Shown one piece after another: positions 50,241-63,819 of a DNA stretch of 64,000 bases; the stretch's first letter is position 1, and every line of letters begins with the position of its first letter. The notes beneath the pieces were generated by a model. It did not search any database, was not told the DNA's origin, and saw only the letters and a list, made by a program, of their open reading frames with translations. The translations under genes were made by a program, and so were the position numbers. The stretch is from Lama glama (Eukaryota), in the NCBI GenBank assembly GCA_028534125.1, contig CM052817.1:17176001-17240000 (forward strand), read 5' to 3'.

Positions 50241-52344
50241 ACCTGTATGAGGGAAACTGAAAAACTGGAAGAAAATGCACCCAAACTGTCATCGTGACTA
50301 TTCATTGATAGTAACTTTCCTCTTTCTTTTTAATTTTTAAGAAATTTCACAATTTCCACAATGACACTCCATTCCTTTTAGAAGAGAAATCTTCAGTGTG
50401 TTTTTTTTTTTCTTATTTTTTTCAAAACATGAGGATTGATTCAGGTTTTCAAACTGCAACTCAGGAATCCCAGGGGTTTCACAGAGCTTCCTCCCAATCT
50501 GCACCCCTGTTCCTCCGCACTCACCCCCACCCCTGCCCCCAGGTTATCAGGGCTGGAAGGGAGATTAGGAGGAGGAAAGACTACGGGAGGCTGGGGGATT
50601 CGATGACACAATTCTGCTTAGATCTGTTTTATCTGTTTACACTGAAAAAAAAAATCACTGAAAAGGATGTTTCCTAAAGTTTGTTCCAACTTAAACATAA
50701 AACATTCTGTGCTTCTGTGTTACCTGTAAACTGTTGAGATCATGGCCACACTGTGATTTTATCTGAACAAAGGTTTCTCTGGAGGTACACCACATGATGG
50801 GGCCTTAAATTCCTGGGACAGGAGAAAGTGTTTTAACAGATTCCCTGGGAGATAAGAGTCAGTGGGTACCACAGTGCTTGGATCAGCAGAGGTTACTTTG
50901 GAAGTTTCTGGAAAAAAGTCAAAATTTGGCCAGATTTCCCATAAAGGGCAGGGACTATGTGACTTGAGCCGTGACCCCAAATTAGAAGTCTCACTTCCTG
51001 AACCAAGATGAGATTAGGTTGTGTTTGCCCCACTGTGACTGCCCATTGCATTTTTCTGAGTCTCATTTAAGGGTCTGCAGATGAGAAAGAATGAAATAAC
51101 AGCGAACAGTAGCAGTTGAAGATGGCAAACCTCCCAGTCCTTTCTCAGGGGTCCTGAAGCCTCCAGCAAGGGAGGGGAAAGAGCTCAATTTTATTGAGTT
51201 CCTATAGGGATACAGAGCGTTTATTGTTCCTGGTAACTAGCAGCTGTCCTCAGCATAAAATCCTCTGGACAGCTGCCCACTGCCAACATGGACACATCTC
51301 GGGGCAAAGAGCCCTCTGCACCTTCCTCGTTCTGTGATGGGTGAGAGCTAAAGGGGCAACCACGCCATCATTAGTAGCGGGAAGGCACTGGGTGTTTTGG
51401 AGGGAAGAATGTGATGGCTGCAATCAGGAGGGCTCCTGGAGACCTTCCTTCCTGAGATGAGCAGGTTCTGATAAAGGGGGAATTGGCACAAAATCAGGCG
51501 ATGATGCTGAAGACATTGGCTGTCCTCTGTGTTACTCATTCATTTCATGAATGTCAGTTGAGTTCTACTCTGAGCCAGGCAACCTTCTAGGTTTGGGGGA
51601 CATGGCAATGAGAAAAAGGAGGTACTCACTCTCCAATTCCCTCCAGGACCCCAAAAGTTTAGTGATATCTGCCTTCTATTGTCATTAATAACTTAACTTC
51701 TAAAAGAAAAGAAAAAAAAGAACTTAAGTTCTAGAAAGAATTAAACAGCGATATCAGGCAGTGGTAGTGAGCTAGCCAGCACATAGTACGTGGCATTTGG
51801 CCTGAGATGTATTTTGTTTGGCTCCTACAGTTGGGTTTTGGAGTTGCTGTTGTTTTTAATTTAAGCTAACCCCCAAAATTCTGAAATTTTACCAAAAAGT
51901 CTTAATTTCTGGCTTCTGAGATGTGAGAGGAGTGACAACAGTGGTCCTCGTTCCCAGTAGCAGCCGTCAGCTAAAGCTGAGGAGCAGCTGCCACTTCTGG
52001 GGGAAAATAGGTGTGTCAGTTCACTATTCTGAGACCTCCTGTTTCACCTGGACTTTTCATTCTAGACTTACCTGGCCATGGCATTGGGCATTGGCCAGAG
52101 TGCTGGCTCGGGAAGGTGTTGTATTTCCTCTATGGAAACTACACCCTGAACCCCACTTTCTCATGTCCGCTTTGGTTTCATTACTATAACCAGACTCTGT
52201 GCTAGGCACCAGGGACACAAAAACTAACAAAGCACTGTGTTTGCCCTTCTTCAGGGAGGGCTTCCTGGAGGAGGTGACACAGAGGGGAGAAAAGAGATAA
52301 GCCATGGAGGTTCTGCTGGAGCAGACTGGGCTCTATCTTAAAGG

Positions 52345-52522
52345 CCAGCAGTTCCCCCAAATTAGATAGATGCACACCAGCATCACAGGTATGATTGCTG
52401 GACCCCATCTCCGGACTTTCCCATCAGGAGATTTGGGATGGGGCCTGAGAACTGCATTGCCAGCAGGGTCCCAGTGCTGCAGGTGCTGCTGGTCTGGCAA
52501 CCGCACTTTAGAAACTACCATT
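52345..52522. mobile_element. MER5A-like MITE
   Basis: cagcagttcccccaaatt...atgattgctggaccccatc...gggatggggcctgagaactgcatt...ccgcactttagaaactacc. Confidence 0.7.
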
Positions 52523-55500
52523 CAGATGATGAGGTGCTGGTGTGAGTTCTCTGGCTTTTCCTGCCAGCTGGCCTGGTTCTTGCTTTAGTGCCTGGGAAAG
52601 TATAAAACATCCTTGGCTGCTGGAGCTGTGTCTGGTCCTGCTGCTAGACTGCTGTCCCATGATTGAGATTCAAGTTAGCCCAGCACATGGGGCAGGTTTT
52701 CTCTTTAGAAACCACTGGCCCAGAGATCTGTGCTGCCAGAAAACCAGGAATGAATAGGCCGCCTTATTATGGTTTTGGAGCAGGACAGAGGCCAGCTCTG
52801 GGCTGAGCTGGGAGAAAGAAGAAGAAGAAGAAGGAGGGGGAGAGGGGAGGGGAGGCAGAGAGTAGCAGAGGCGATGCAGGTATCACTGAACTTCTGGGGT
52901 CCTAGAGGAAACTGGAGAGTGAACCCTCTCTCCTAGAGTTTTACATTTTAAGTGTATCTTATCTACCCTGTGCCAGGCCCTGGACAAAGCATGGGCTTTG
53001 GAGTTAGGCAGACTTGAGTGAATCCCAAAAGGCTGTGAAAGGAATGAACCCCTGTGGTCTGGATTTCTCATCTCTAGTGTGTAAACAGTGAATAATTGAG
53101 ACAATATGAGGATGAAAAGAGATAATGCATGAGGAGCTAGTTTGGGGGCTTGGAACCTAGAGGCTCCCCACGCAGAACTAAAGATAAGAATCAGGATGGA
53201 GTCCTACTGTGTGCAGAGCCTTATATTTGTCACTGTATGTGCATCAGTTAAATTACTCTTGATGACAATCTATTGCTATAAGCCCTATGAGAACAGGTAC
53301 CAGGACTTCCCATAGAGCCTGACACATAGTAGGTGCTTCATAAAAGCTTCTTGACTGACTGCTGTGTGGGAGGGTCTCTGTCTCTCTTAATTGCCAGGGA
53401 GAAGGAACAGGGGAGACTTGAGATTCCAGAGGAAAATAAAACACAAGAATGATTTGTCCCGCTAGGAGAGGTGGGAGGAGAAATTGGTTATGATAAAGTA
53501 GGTAGCAGTGAAACAAAAGAGGGTAACAGGGGGTTTTAAGGGAACATTTATAACTTAAAAAAAAATGGATTCAAGGTTAAAAAAAATTCAAGATACTGAG
53601 GCCTGACTCATTAAATTGATAATTACATATTGTACCCACTATGTGTTGAGTATGTGTATAGTGTGGTGGGAAGGGTTTGAGAGCCAGGGTTTGAGATCCT
53701 GACTTTGGTTCTAGTTGTAACAGACTCATAACAAGAAATAAATGGAATAACAGCTGTTTCCTTAGCCCTTACTATATACTAGGCACTATGATAATAGTTG
53801 GTATTCATTAATTTACTAAACAACTTATAAAATATGCAAAGTTCTACAACCTTTATTATTAGGACCTTAGTTAAGACTCAAGCAACACATTTACATCTCC
53901 TACAAGTACTAATCATTACTGTGGTTGAGCTCCTGTGTGTCAGACATCATGCAAGTCACTTTACCCATAAACATTTACATTCACCAATGTCATAAAGTGT
54001 AAGTCTGTGATATCTGTGACTATAACTCCAAAGGTGTATTTGTTACTAGGCACCAGCACAGTATCTGACTACTGCAAGCACTGAATAAATGGTACCATTA
54101 CTATTCTATGCAAGGCTGCTTGATGAATTTCACATCTTATTTGAATCTTATTGAAGAGTATCTTATTTGAATACTCAAAACCATTTTTGGAGTAGGTTGA
54201 GTAGAGATTATCTTGTTGTTGAGAAACAGAGTAAAATTACCCCAAATCTGAGAACTCCAGTATAGAGGCCTCAGGTCCCACACCAATTTATTTAAAAAGC
54301 ATCTACTTTTAAAATGTCTTGTTACAAAAGGAAAACATGGTCTTGGAAAATATAGAAGGGAAGTCCTGAGCATCTAGTTGGTTTTTACCAGATGAACACC
54401 ATAGGTTTTTAACTGGTGTTCTATCCGCCTTCTGGTAGGTGACCGAAAAACTGAGAGCCAGAGGTGCTTTAGCTCTAGCAAATGTAGATCTGCATTCTGT
54501 ATTAAGTTGAACTGCGTGAAATTGGGAAGGTTTTTGACCTACAAAAATGACGGTTTCATATGGTTCCACTTACTATGTAGCACCTACCTCTTTCTTGCCT
54601 CAATCTTACTTCCCTACCTTTCTTTTGCCTCTTCCTCCTCATGTATTTTTGAATCAATTTTCCTTTGTCTATTTGTAAGTTGCCTTAAATCCTTTTTGGA
54701 GCAGCACAAAATAGACAGCAAATGAACCCACCCATTCCCACTACCAGAGATAACTGTTCTGAACATCTTTGTGTATTGTTTTCCAGAATGCTCCCCTGAA
54801 TATTTATATACATATTTAAGCAAAGTTGAAAACAGCCCACAATTATGTCAGTCTGTGCTCTGTTCCTTTAACCGTTCCCCATTTAAACTGGATTCTTTGA
54901 GGTCGAGTGCTTTCTCACAACTGTGTAACCCATCATTTGACGTGTCCTGAATTCTGGCTACATCCAAGGGCTAGATACCCTGTCAGTGGGCCTGGCTGAC
55001 AAATTCTAAAATTATCAACACTGTCACAGGCCCCGAAGAAGCTCCTAATGGATGCAAAAGTTCTAAATGGTTTTGTTCAGGTGTTATTTTTGGAGCTTTT
55101 ATGAGACAATCCACTTTATACCTTTTTCTTGCAGTAGCTGCGGCCGGGACAGAGCCAAGCTGCTTGCCCACGGCCCTCAGCGCTGGCTGCCTGAGCAGAC
55201 AGGCCCAGAACACGGCTGCTGTCTCTCCAGGCCCGGTTTTGACAGCAGAGAGTCCAACAGGCGTATCTTTCCTTACTTCAGTCGCTGGCAGCTTCCTGCT
55301 GCTGGGTAATTGGGAATTAACAGGGCAAAGCCAGGGGTTGGTTCTCCTATTGGTCTGAGTGCCTTGCTTTCCCCAGGCCTGGTGACTCAGAGGGCAGGGC
55401 CCTGAGCCGAGGAAGAAAATGAGAGCCTGTTTTCTGGACTCACATCTCTCCTGGGTGCACAGCCGTCTCCCAGCGAGGAGTATCATTATCTCCTCAGAAG

Positions 55501-56829
55501 CCTCTCTCTGCCACTTTAAAGAGCACTGGCCCCACTGAATGGATTAGGAGACTGGCAGGGAGAACCATCAGGGGAGGAGGGGCAGAGGACAAGCCACATC
55601 CAACGCTGATGCAAAGGGCATTGAGCCAGGGTCTCAACACCTGAAAACATATTCTGGCATCAGGAGGAAAGTCAAATTGGCAGTCCACAGACCTCCTTTG
55701 TTTGGCTTGTCTAATTTTTTTCTTTTCCTAGTGGTAAATTCCTTGTGAAAAACTGGCTATCTGGCATCTTCAGAAAAGTCTGAAGATCTGGCGGCCTCAG
55801 TCCGGGTCTTCTCATGCAGCATCTGGAGCTGAGCCGTGGGCTGGCCATTTCCTGTCCAGGCTAGCACAGAACACACCTGCCTTCTCCCAGCCTGGCTGCT
55901 CAGCCTGGGGCCTGCCCTGGAGGGAGTGACTCCTGCTCAGCTCTATGCTCATGCACTTTGTTTCCTTAACAGCTAAGCCGTACTGATAGTGAGCTCCCAA
56001 AACAGCAGCACTGTTTCAAGATAAGATGTCTCACCCTGGTGTGTCTTAACTCCTCCAAAGGCAGGGACATCGGGGTGGGAGTGGTTTGCTGGAAGGCAGG
56101 GATGCTTAGGGAGGCTCTCTCAGGCTGCTGGATTTCAAGGAAATAGATCTTTCAAGAAGGAAGCAGAGTGAGAGGACATCGTTATGGGCAAAAGAGTCTA
56201 AGAGCCCTCCCCCCCGCCCCCCGTTAGCTGGTAAAGTGTGAGGTGGATAACGGAGTGGGTTAGTGCAGGAAGCATTTCCAGAGGAAGAGACAGGCTGATG
56301 TCATCCCAGCACAGGCCTGGCCTCCCCTAACCTACCCTCAGGTTGTTATATGCATGAGAGTAGGAACCCAAAGGGCCAGAGTTTGTGTTACTATAATTTA
56401 TTACGCATTTCAGCAGCTTTTCAGGTAAAGCAAAGGACATGTAAAAATGTTTTCAGTGCAATTCCAATCCTTGTCAATGCACAGGTTCACCTTTGGTAGA
56501 GCTTCTTGGGGATGTGGATGGACTATCCTGTTTTCTACCTATTTAACATAACAGTATTTGTGTATGTATATATAGTATGTTGAAACAGTCCAGCTCTCAT
56601 GTATTTGTGTAACTCTTTACAGTTACAAAGCCCTCTTCTTCTGTTAGCTTACTAAATTTTCATCATCTGTAAGTTAGGGAAGGCAGGTCTAAATGTTGGC
56701 CCCATTTAACAGGTAAGAAAACTGAGGCTCAGGTGGCTTGTACATGTCAATGAGTGACAGGATAAATGGAAGAATGGGTGAATGGATAAAAATCTATAAA
56801 TTTTTTAAAATGTCAAAATCAATATGTTT

Positions 56830-56831
<2 letters not shown>

Positions 56832-56863
<32 letters not shown>
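56832..56863. repeat. (AT)16 microsatellite
   Basis: Seen directly. Confidence 0.95.
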
Positions 56864-56867
<4 letters not shown>

Positions 56868-58483
56868 CTCCATAATAATAAGTTATTAAATCTTATCCTC
56901 AGATTATCCCCATTAAGGGTGGTCTGTATCTTCCCATCTTTTTCTCTCCATAGCTATTTTCTGCTTTTCAGTGTTACCCCACTGGCTCATGGTTGGCTGA
57001 ATATAAGAATTTTGTTATGCATGTATGAAACAATATAGTGTCTAGCTTACATTATAGATTATAATGTAAGTCAATGTGGAAAAGTTTGTGAAATGTGTAG
57101 TTGTTATACATTCATTTAAATGGTCTCCAATTGCTTGTCACCATAAGCATCACCAATAAGAACACCTAAATACATAATACTTTGGGGGAGGGTCATTAGG
57201 CAGTCTAGGAGCGAAAGCCAAGTAGAAGACCGTTTTTAAGCACCAGTGTCACACTGTCAGCATTGTCTCCTGAGATAATACACACATCTTCTTTTTTTCC
57301 ATAGCTCCTCCCACATAATTTTCACTGCTCGTGGGGTGTAGTTGCACATGGTAGGAATATGAGATGCCCTAAAGGGCTGTTGAGGGAGCTTTCTGTGTGG
57401 GTGCAGTGCCTGGGAATTACTCACATCCTTCCTTTGGCATCTCCAACCAGGCCTGTTGGACCAGAGTCAGCGGAGAGTAGAAGGAAGATGCAAGCCTCCT
57501 GGAGGGCGTTCAGGCTGAAGTTCAGAGCTGTGAGTTCCTCCTCACCTTGAATGTATTATTTCATCTTGTGGGTTTGATTAATTCATTAAGAATTAATTTA
57601 AACTAATATGATCAAAAGTTATACATTCTAAATTTGAAATCCCCTTGGTTAAAAATGTTTAAGTTGAAATTAAAATATTTAGGGAGCAATTTGGACCCCA
57701 AATCCCAATCCCTCTGCCCAGGAAGAAGCCAACTCTTTGGAGGTCTGTTGTTTAAAAAAGAGGCCATACAACAATCTGTGAAGGAAATAAAAACAGGGTG
57801 ACAATAGTTGTGGGCCAGAGAAATACACAGTAAAGTTCTCTGAGAACTGAATGGTAAGGAGAAGTGTCCTTGTGAAAGTCTGGGAGAATGTTCCTGGCAG
57901 AGGGATGGCAAGAGCAAAGGCCCTGGGGCAGGAATGAGTGATGGAAACAGAAAGGCCAGAATGGCAGGGAAGCCACCGCTTTCTCTGCACTGGACTCCTG
58001 GCCACCACCCAGGCTGTAAGGCTCAGAGTTAATTACCCCAGATCCTTTGTATGGCACTAACTGTTAGTTTTATTCCTAAAACGGGCTGTCCTTATAAAGT
58101 GGGAGTTCAGTGCCAATGGTCTCAACTATTTAGAACCTAGCCCGGGACTATGTAGTAAGAAACAGTTTACTGATTATCCTAGGTAAATGTTATTAAGTCT
58201 GGGTAGCAAAAGATACATATAAATAGAACTTTCAGGCTTACTTGCTCTTGCTTGACACACAGTTTTAATGACTATCAGCTGAAGGGATAAATAAACGAGG
58301 TGAGCTATTTTCTTAATCTGCAACAGGTTAGAGATAGCAATATAATAATGATGGATGGTGAAAATGATAAAGCAGGAAGGTTACTGCTACATATATTTAT
58401 GGTGAAAACTCAGAGCCTGTGAATGGCCTGTCAACACTATGCTGCAAAGGAAGAGGCAGAGAAAGTACCCCCAAAATGATGTG

Positions 58484-58563
58484 TATACACACACACACAC
58501 ATATATATATTTATATACATACACAGAGATACATACACACAGTCATGCAGACACACACACACA
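58484..58563. repeat. Compound (CA)/(TA) microsatellite
   Basis: tatacacacacacacacatatatatatttatatacatacacag... seen directly. Confidence 0.85.
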
Positions 58564-58768
58564 GAGGAAAAATTTTAAAGCGGAGTAGCAGTTTGGGTCT
58601 ATTTAGGATATAAAAGCTGCTCTGAGGGGCTTAAGGAAATATGGGATTGTCATTGGATTTTATAAAATGATCAAAAGTCAATAAGTCATCAGAAGGTGGT
58701 TATATTCAGTTTGCTCCTGGCAGGAAAGTCTGTGTGTGTTCTATTTTAAAAGTTTATCACATAATTGG

Positions 58769-59169
58769 TGTTGGAGGAGGTAATAAAGAGGATGTGACCA
58801 CCAGTTGACCCACGAGCTGGACCTGAGCAACTGCAGGCTCCTCAGCCCCTCCCCTGTCCTTGGAACATACATTCTGTCAGCCATACCCACAGCAGGAACT
58901 GTTCCAAGGACACAACCTTGAAAGAGTAAGGTGTTGTTGAGACCATCTGGGTGGTATATATGACTGAGCCCAGTTAAGGCTTCCATATAAACATTTAAGC
59001 TTCTGGTGGGTGGGTGCAGAAATCTACTTCTCTTGCAGCTGCCCAAGACAAGCCTAGTATCTGAGTTCCCTTCCTTATTAAACTTGCCACCTACCAATTT
59101 TGAAGCCACTGCCTCTTTCTTCGGTCTCTCCCTGCCCTCTGTGTATGAGGCCAATTTACAAACTCGCCA
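58769..59169 (+). mobile_element. Solo LTR, ERV1-class (401 bp)
   Basis: TG...CA ends; exact 4-bp TSD TTGG (58765-58768, 59170-59173); TATA-like tataaa at about 58986 followed by attaaa at about 59077. Confidence 0.8.
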
Positions 59170-59349
59170 TTGGTTAAGCATCCTGGACACAGCAAGCCAC
59201 ATTTAAGTGCTAGGTATGCTGGTGGTAACGGTGAACATTTATGTGACATAGCCACTAAGTGGCTCAAACTTAGTGGCTTCAAAAGGATTCAAACTCAGTG
59301 ATATAACCCAGAAACTACCCCTTCCCCTGCATCTCTCCCCAATATCATA

Positions 59350-60505
59350 CAATTTTTAAAAATCTTTTAATTGTGAGATAGTCATAGGAAAAATGAAACA
59401 CATAAGATTAGTGTAACTCCAGGGTTTCTCACAAAGCAAATGGCCACAACCACAGAGAAGACTGTCACCAGCTCAGAAATTCCCTCATGTTCCCTCAGTC
59501 TTACTCCCTCTTTCCCACCAAAGTGACCTCTATGCTCTGACGTCTATAGTCCTTCCTTCTTTTCTTCAGAGTTTTACCACTTAAGCATGCATTCTTGAAC
59601 ACTAACATTTAGTTTTGGCTAGTTTGGGAATTTTATAAAGTGAAATCGAACAGTATGAACCTTTATGTTTGGCTTCTTTAACTTAACATTATGTTTGTGA
59701 GATGGACTTACCCATGTAACAATAAATAAAACATCCATTTTCATTGATGCATATTATTTGATACCTTTTGATGACAAAAATGGCAATTTTATAATAGAAT
59801 TTCACTGTATGAGTGTTTCACTGTCATTCCATTCTACTAATGGAAATGGACATCTGAGCCCTTTTGTGAACTGTGATGCTGTGGGCAGTTTTATGAATTC
59901 TTTTTGGTGAACAAATGTGCACACTTTTCTTGGGCAGAGGCCTGGGAGTGGACGTATAGACACTGGGTTTAAATCTCATTGTAGTTTAACTTACATTCCC
60001 CTTAACTGTGATTCAAAAAACAACTTTTAATGTGTTTATTAACTACCCTTCCTTGGGAAGTGTCTGCTCTTGGTCTCTTGACCATTTTCAACTGGATTCT
60101 TTTTTCTCAATGTACAGACATTCTTTAAATATTCTGGAATAAGCTCTTAGTCACTTCCATGTGTTCCAGATCTCTCTCTTCACTCTGGTTGGCTTTTTCA
60201 CTTTCTTAAAAGTGTCTTTGTCTTTATGGTTTTTGCATTCTATATCCTACTGAGGAAGTCTTTCCCTACTCTGAGTTCAGGAATATTTATCTATATTGTC
60301 TTCTAGCAGTCCTAGTGTTTTGCTTTTTACCTTTAGATGCATTCTTTTGTGTGTAGGGTGTTAGGTGGAGAGTGAAGTTTCATATGTGCCCCTTTGGATT
60401 TCCATTTATTGCAGATTTTCTTTACCCCTCCTGCTCCACAGTGATCTGGTTGTAAAGCAAGTGTTCATATGTGTTTCTGGTTCTCTGTTCTATTTCATCC
60501 CTCTC
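59350..60505 (-). mobile_element. Old, heavily decayed LINE-1 (L1M-type)
   Basis: tttggcttctttaacttaacattatgtttgtgagat; ctgaggaagtctttccctactctgag; ttttacctttagatgc are antisense L1 motifs. Confidence 0.7.
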
Positions 60506-60589
60506 ATCATACAAGTTCTTGGGGCAACCAAATATGCCTAAAAGGAAAAGGAGGTAAGGAAGTAATAAAAAAAATTTTGCTGATTATGT

Positions 60590-60790
60590 GGTTGAAATTG
60601 CAAACTGCAAACTGGGTTAAGAGCTTAACTCTGCCTCCTACCTGTCCTGTAACATTGGGATAAGTTGTCTAACTTCTCTGGGTCCCCATTTCCTGGCCTA
60701 TATATCTAGCTCATAGTATTGAAAGGATTAATGACTTCATATATGTAAAATATTTACAACAGTACTTGCACATAGTAAGCACTCAGTAAA
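60590..60790 (+). mobile_element. MIR SINE
   Basis: tctgcctcctacctgtcctgtaacattgggataagtt...aggattaatga..atatgtaaaa..ttgcacatagtaagcactcagtaaa. Confidence 0.75.
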
Positions 60791-60990
60791 GGACCTTAAA
60801 AGTCCTCATCACAAGAAAGAACTTTTTGTAACTATGTATGGAGATGGATGTTAACTAGACTTATTGTAGTGATCATTTTGTAATGTATGCCAGTATTGAA
60901 TCATTACGTTGTACACCTGAAACTATAATGCTATATGTCAATTGTATCTCAATTATAATTTTATATGTCAATTATATCTCAGTTAAAAAG
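60791..60990 (+). mobile_element. Short LINE-1 3' UTR fragment (L1MA-like)
   Basis: ccttaaaagtcctcatcacaagaaa...gatggatgttaactagacttattgtagtgatcatttt...tgtacacctgaaact. Confidence 0.8.
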
Positions 60991-60994
60991 GTAA

Positions 60995-61570
60995 AATGTC
61001 TACTGATACACACCACATTAGGCTGAATGAACGAAGTCTTTCCCAAGAGCGCACATACCATACGGTTCCCTTTATATGGAATTTGAGAATAGGAAAGATT
61101 AATCTCTGGAAGAAAACAATTTTAAGAGTCTTACCTTTGGGGGAGTGCAAATTTAAATTTACTGGGAAGAAGCATTCGGGGATTTCTTAGGGTGACAGAA
61201 ATACTCTATATTTTGATAAGAGTTTGAGTTTCACAAGCATACATATTTATCAAAGTGTATCAAATGCTACTTTTACAATTTGCATGTTAGTTATATAAAT
61301 TTTACCTAGAAAATAACCCAGAAACAAATATTGAACTCTGGTTAACAATGTGTATGCTGAAGTATTTATGACTAAAGTGAACTCATGCCTACACAACTCT
61401 GAAATAAAGCAAAAATAATGGATTAAAGGAAGAATTGATAGATATGTAATAAAAGCAAGTACATAATAAAATGTTTATTACAAAATCTAGGTAGTATGTG
61501 TATAGGTGTTCAGTGTAAAAATATTTCCACTTTTCTGCATGTTTCAAAATGTTGATAATAAAAGTATAGT
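60995..61570 (+). mobile_element. Old LINE-1 3' region (L1MC/MD/ME-like)
   Basis: tactgatacacaccaca...aaacaaatattgaactctggttaac...ggtgttcagtgtaaaa..tttccacttttctgcatgtttcaaaatgtt..taataaaa. Confidence 0.7.
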
Positions 61571-63819
61571 TAAATAGAACACATGTATATATAATGTGTA
61601 GAATATTATAAATGAATGTAAAATATTTGGCCCTGGGCAAAAAAAAAAAAAAAAAAGTCACGATCTCTAATCTGCAGTTTAAAAACTCATTTAGCACCCT
61701 ATCCTGATGTATAAAATTAAATTTATTCCACTTAGTATCAGTATTTATACATTTTTACAGAAAAAATGTCAAGGAGTTTGCTCACAGGGTGCTGTCCAGG
61801 TCCCATTGGAGTGTCTGCATCTTGCTTTCTAAAAATGTAAATTTCTAAATTCTGAAATACATCTGGCCCAGGAACTCAGCCAGGGATGTGAACTGTATTA
61901 GCTCATAGTTTTGTAGCTTTGGGCAGGTGGTCCTCGGATCCACATTAATAATAGCATCTAATCCAGTCAATTCTACCTCACAGGCAAAAAAGTACTTTAG
62001 AATGAAAGTATTTTAAAAGTTTGTGTGTAAACATAGGCTGTACTTTGAAATGCTAAATGGTGCTAGTGTCTGTATCAGAGATGGGATGAAGATAGGAAAA
62101 TATGTTCCCCTAGAGGGACAGGTCCTAGAGTTGCACACACACACCATTTGCCCTTTCTCCGCAGATGGTGCGAGTACCCCAAACCTACAATCCAAAAAGC
62201 TGTTTGATTGAATCAGTGTTTTTCTTTTCCTACTGGAACATAAAAGGAGGACCTGAGACCTCCTTTCTCATCCTAAATTTTTGACATTTCAATCTGTCAG
62301 CTCCTTGCTGGAAGTGACATGAAAGCACTGTGAACACAGTTAGATATAAAGGCCACAGTTACTGGGGGGAGGCGGGTCAGGATGAATGTCCAGTTACGGC
62401 CTGCCCTGGGAAGCCCTGAGCCATGTCTGCGGGCCGCCTGACCAGGGCTGGAGGCGGAGCTGAGCTCAATGAGCACGCGCAGTTGCGTGCCTATCCCCGG
62501 CCGACTCTGCTTTAGAAGTCACTCCGTGGAAAGGTGCTGGCTGTTCACTGTCTCCAAGGACTGACTTTTAAGTCCAGCACCTACAGGCAAAATCATTATT
62601 CCTCTAATAGGAACCACCCAGCCCAATTTGATTTCTAGTGCCCACTCTCCAAGCAATCTGTCTCAGCCCTTGGACTGATGTGACCAGCATTCGAGGCTGT
62701 GGAGTAATGACCTCAGAGTCCCGAGGTTCCCGATGAGTCTAATCAAAGCTTCCCACTCCCCTTCTCCTAACACCAGAGGTTCCCAGTGAAACTATAACTG
62801 TTAACATGTACTGAGGACTCATCACGTGCCAGGTGCTGCTCTATGGGCTATAAGTATTTTAGTTCATTTTACTCTACCACATAAGGACCATTACACCCAT
62901 TTTACACACGAGCAAATGAAGGCAGGAAAAAGCAAGGGGCAGAACAGGAAACCAGTCTCAGGCAGTTTGACCCCAGAGTTAGTGTGCGGAACCACTGACT
63001 TCTCAGCCCCAAGGCGAGCCTGACTCTGTGGGTTCCTGGAAGCAGCACTCTTGGCTTCTTCCCCCTGAGGTTGGGGAGAACACTTGGTTTTGGAGTGAAA
63101 CCAACCTAGTTTCAAAGAAGCACATCCACTCAGTTGTGGGTAACTGGGCAACTAGTAAACACACTAAGGCTCCCTTTCCTTAGCTATAAAACCAGGACGG
63201 TTTGGCAGAGGGAAAGGGCCTGGGTATTGGAATGAGACCCCAGCTCAGCAAATTCTGAGTAATCCCACGTCCTGCCTGCTAACCCCTCTAGCCCAGCTAG
63301 AAACGGGGCTGCTCTTACCCCAGGGAAGGTGTCGTGTGGGCACTGGAGAAAATCTTTGACCTGAATATAGCTGGGTTGCTGTTACGTTAAGCCTCCCACT
63401 CGTCTTCTTGAAGCCAGGTTGGAGGGAGACACATGTGTGGCAACACGGAGAATATAGGGCAGAGCAGGTGAAATAAGGGCCACGGTTTGCCAAAGCCAGA
63501 ACCGGCAGGCGGGACTTTCTCATGGTGAGAGCAGCCCCCCTCGCCTTTCTCAGCCTGGCTAATCTGGCTCTGTCCTGTCACAGACCCAGGGCTCCAGCTA
63601 ACCAAAGTGTCTGACTGCTGAGTCCAAGCCGTGAGGGCAGAAAGCATCCCAGAGCCTGATAAGGCCAAACAATCCTGGCTTTGTTTTGGGAGGATTTGTC
63701 CCTGAGTTTCCAGTTGGCTTCTATCTATGTCTCAATGTCTCTGACCTCTTCAGCCTCAGAGAAGCTAAACTCGGAGATTCAGATTCTCGGGGAGGAGAGA
63801 GCCGGGGACAGGGAGCCCT

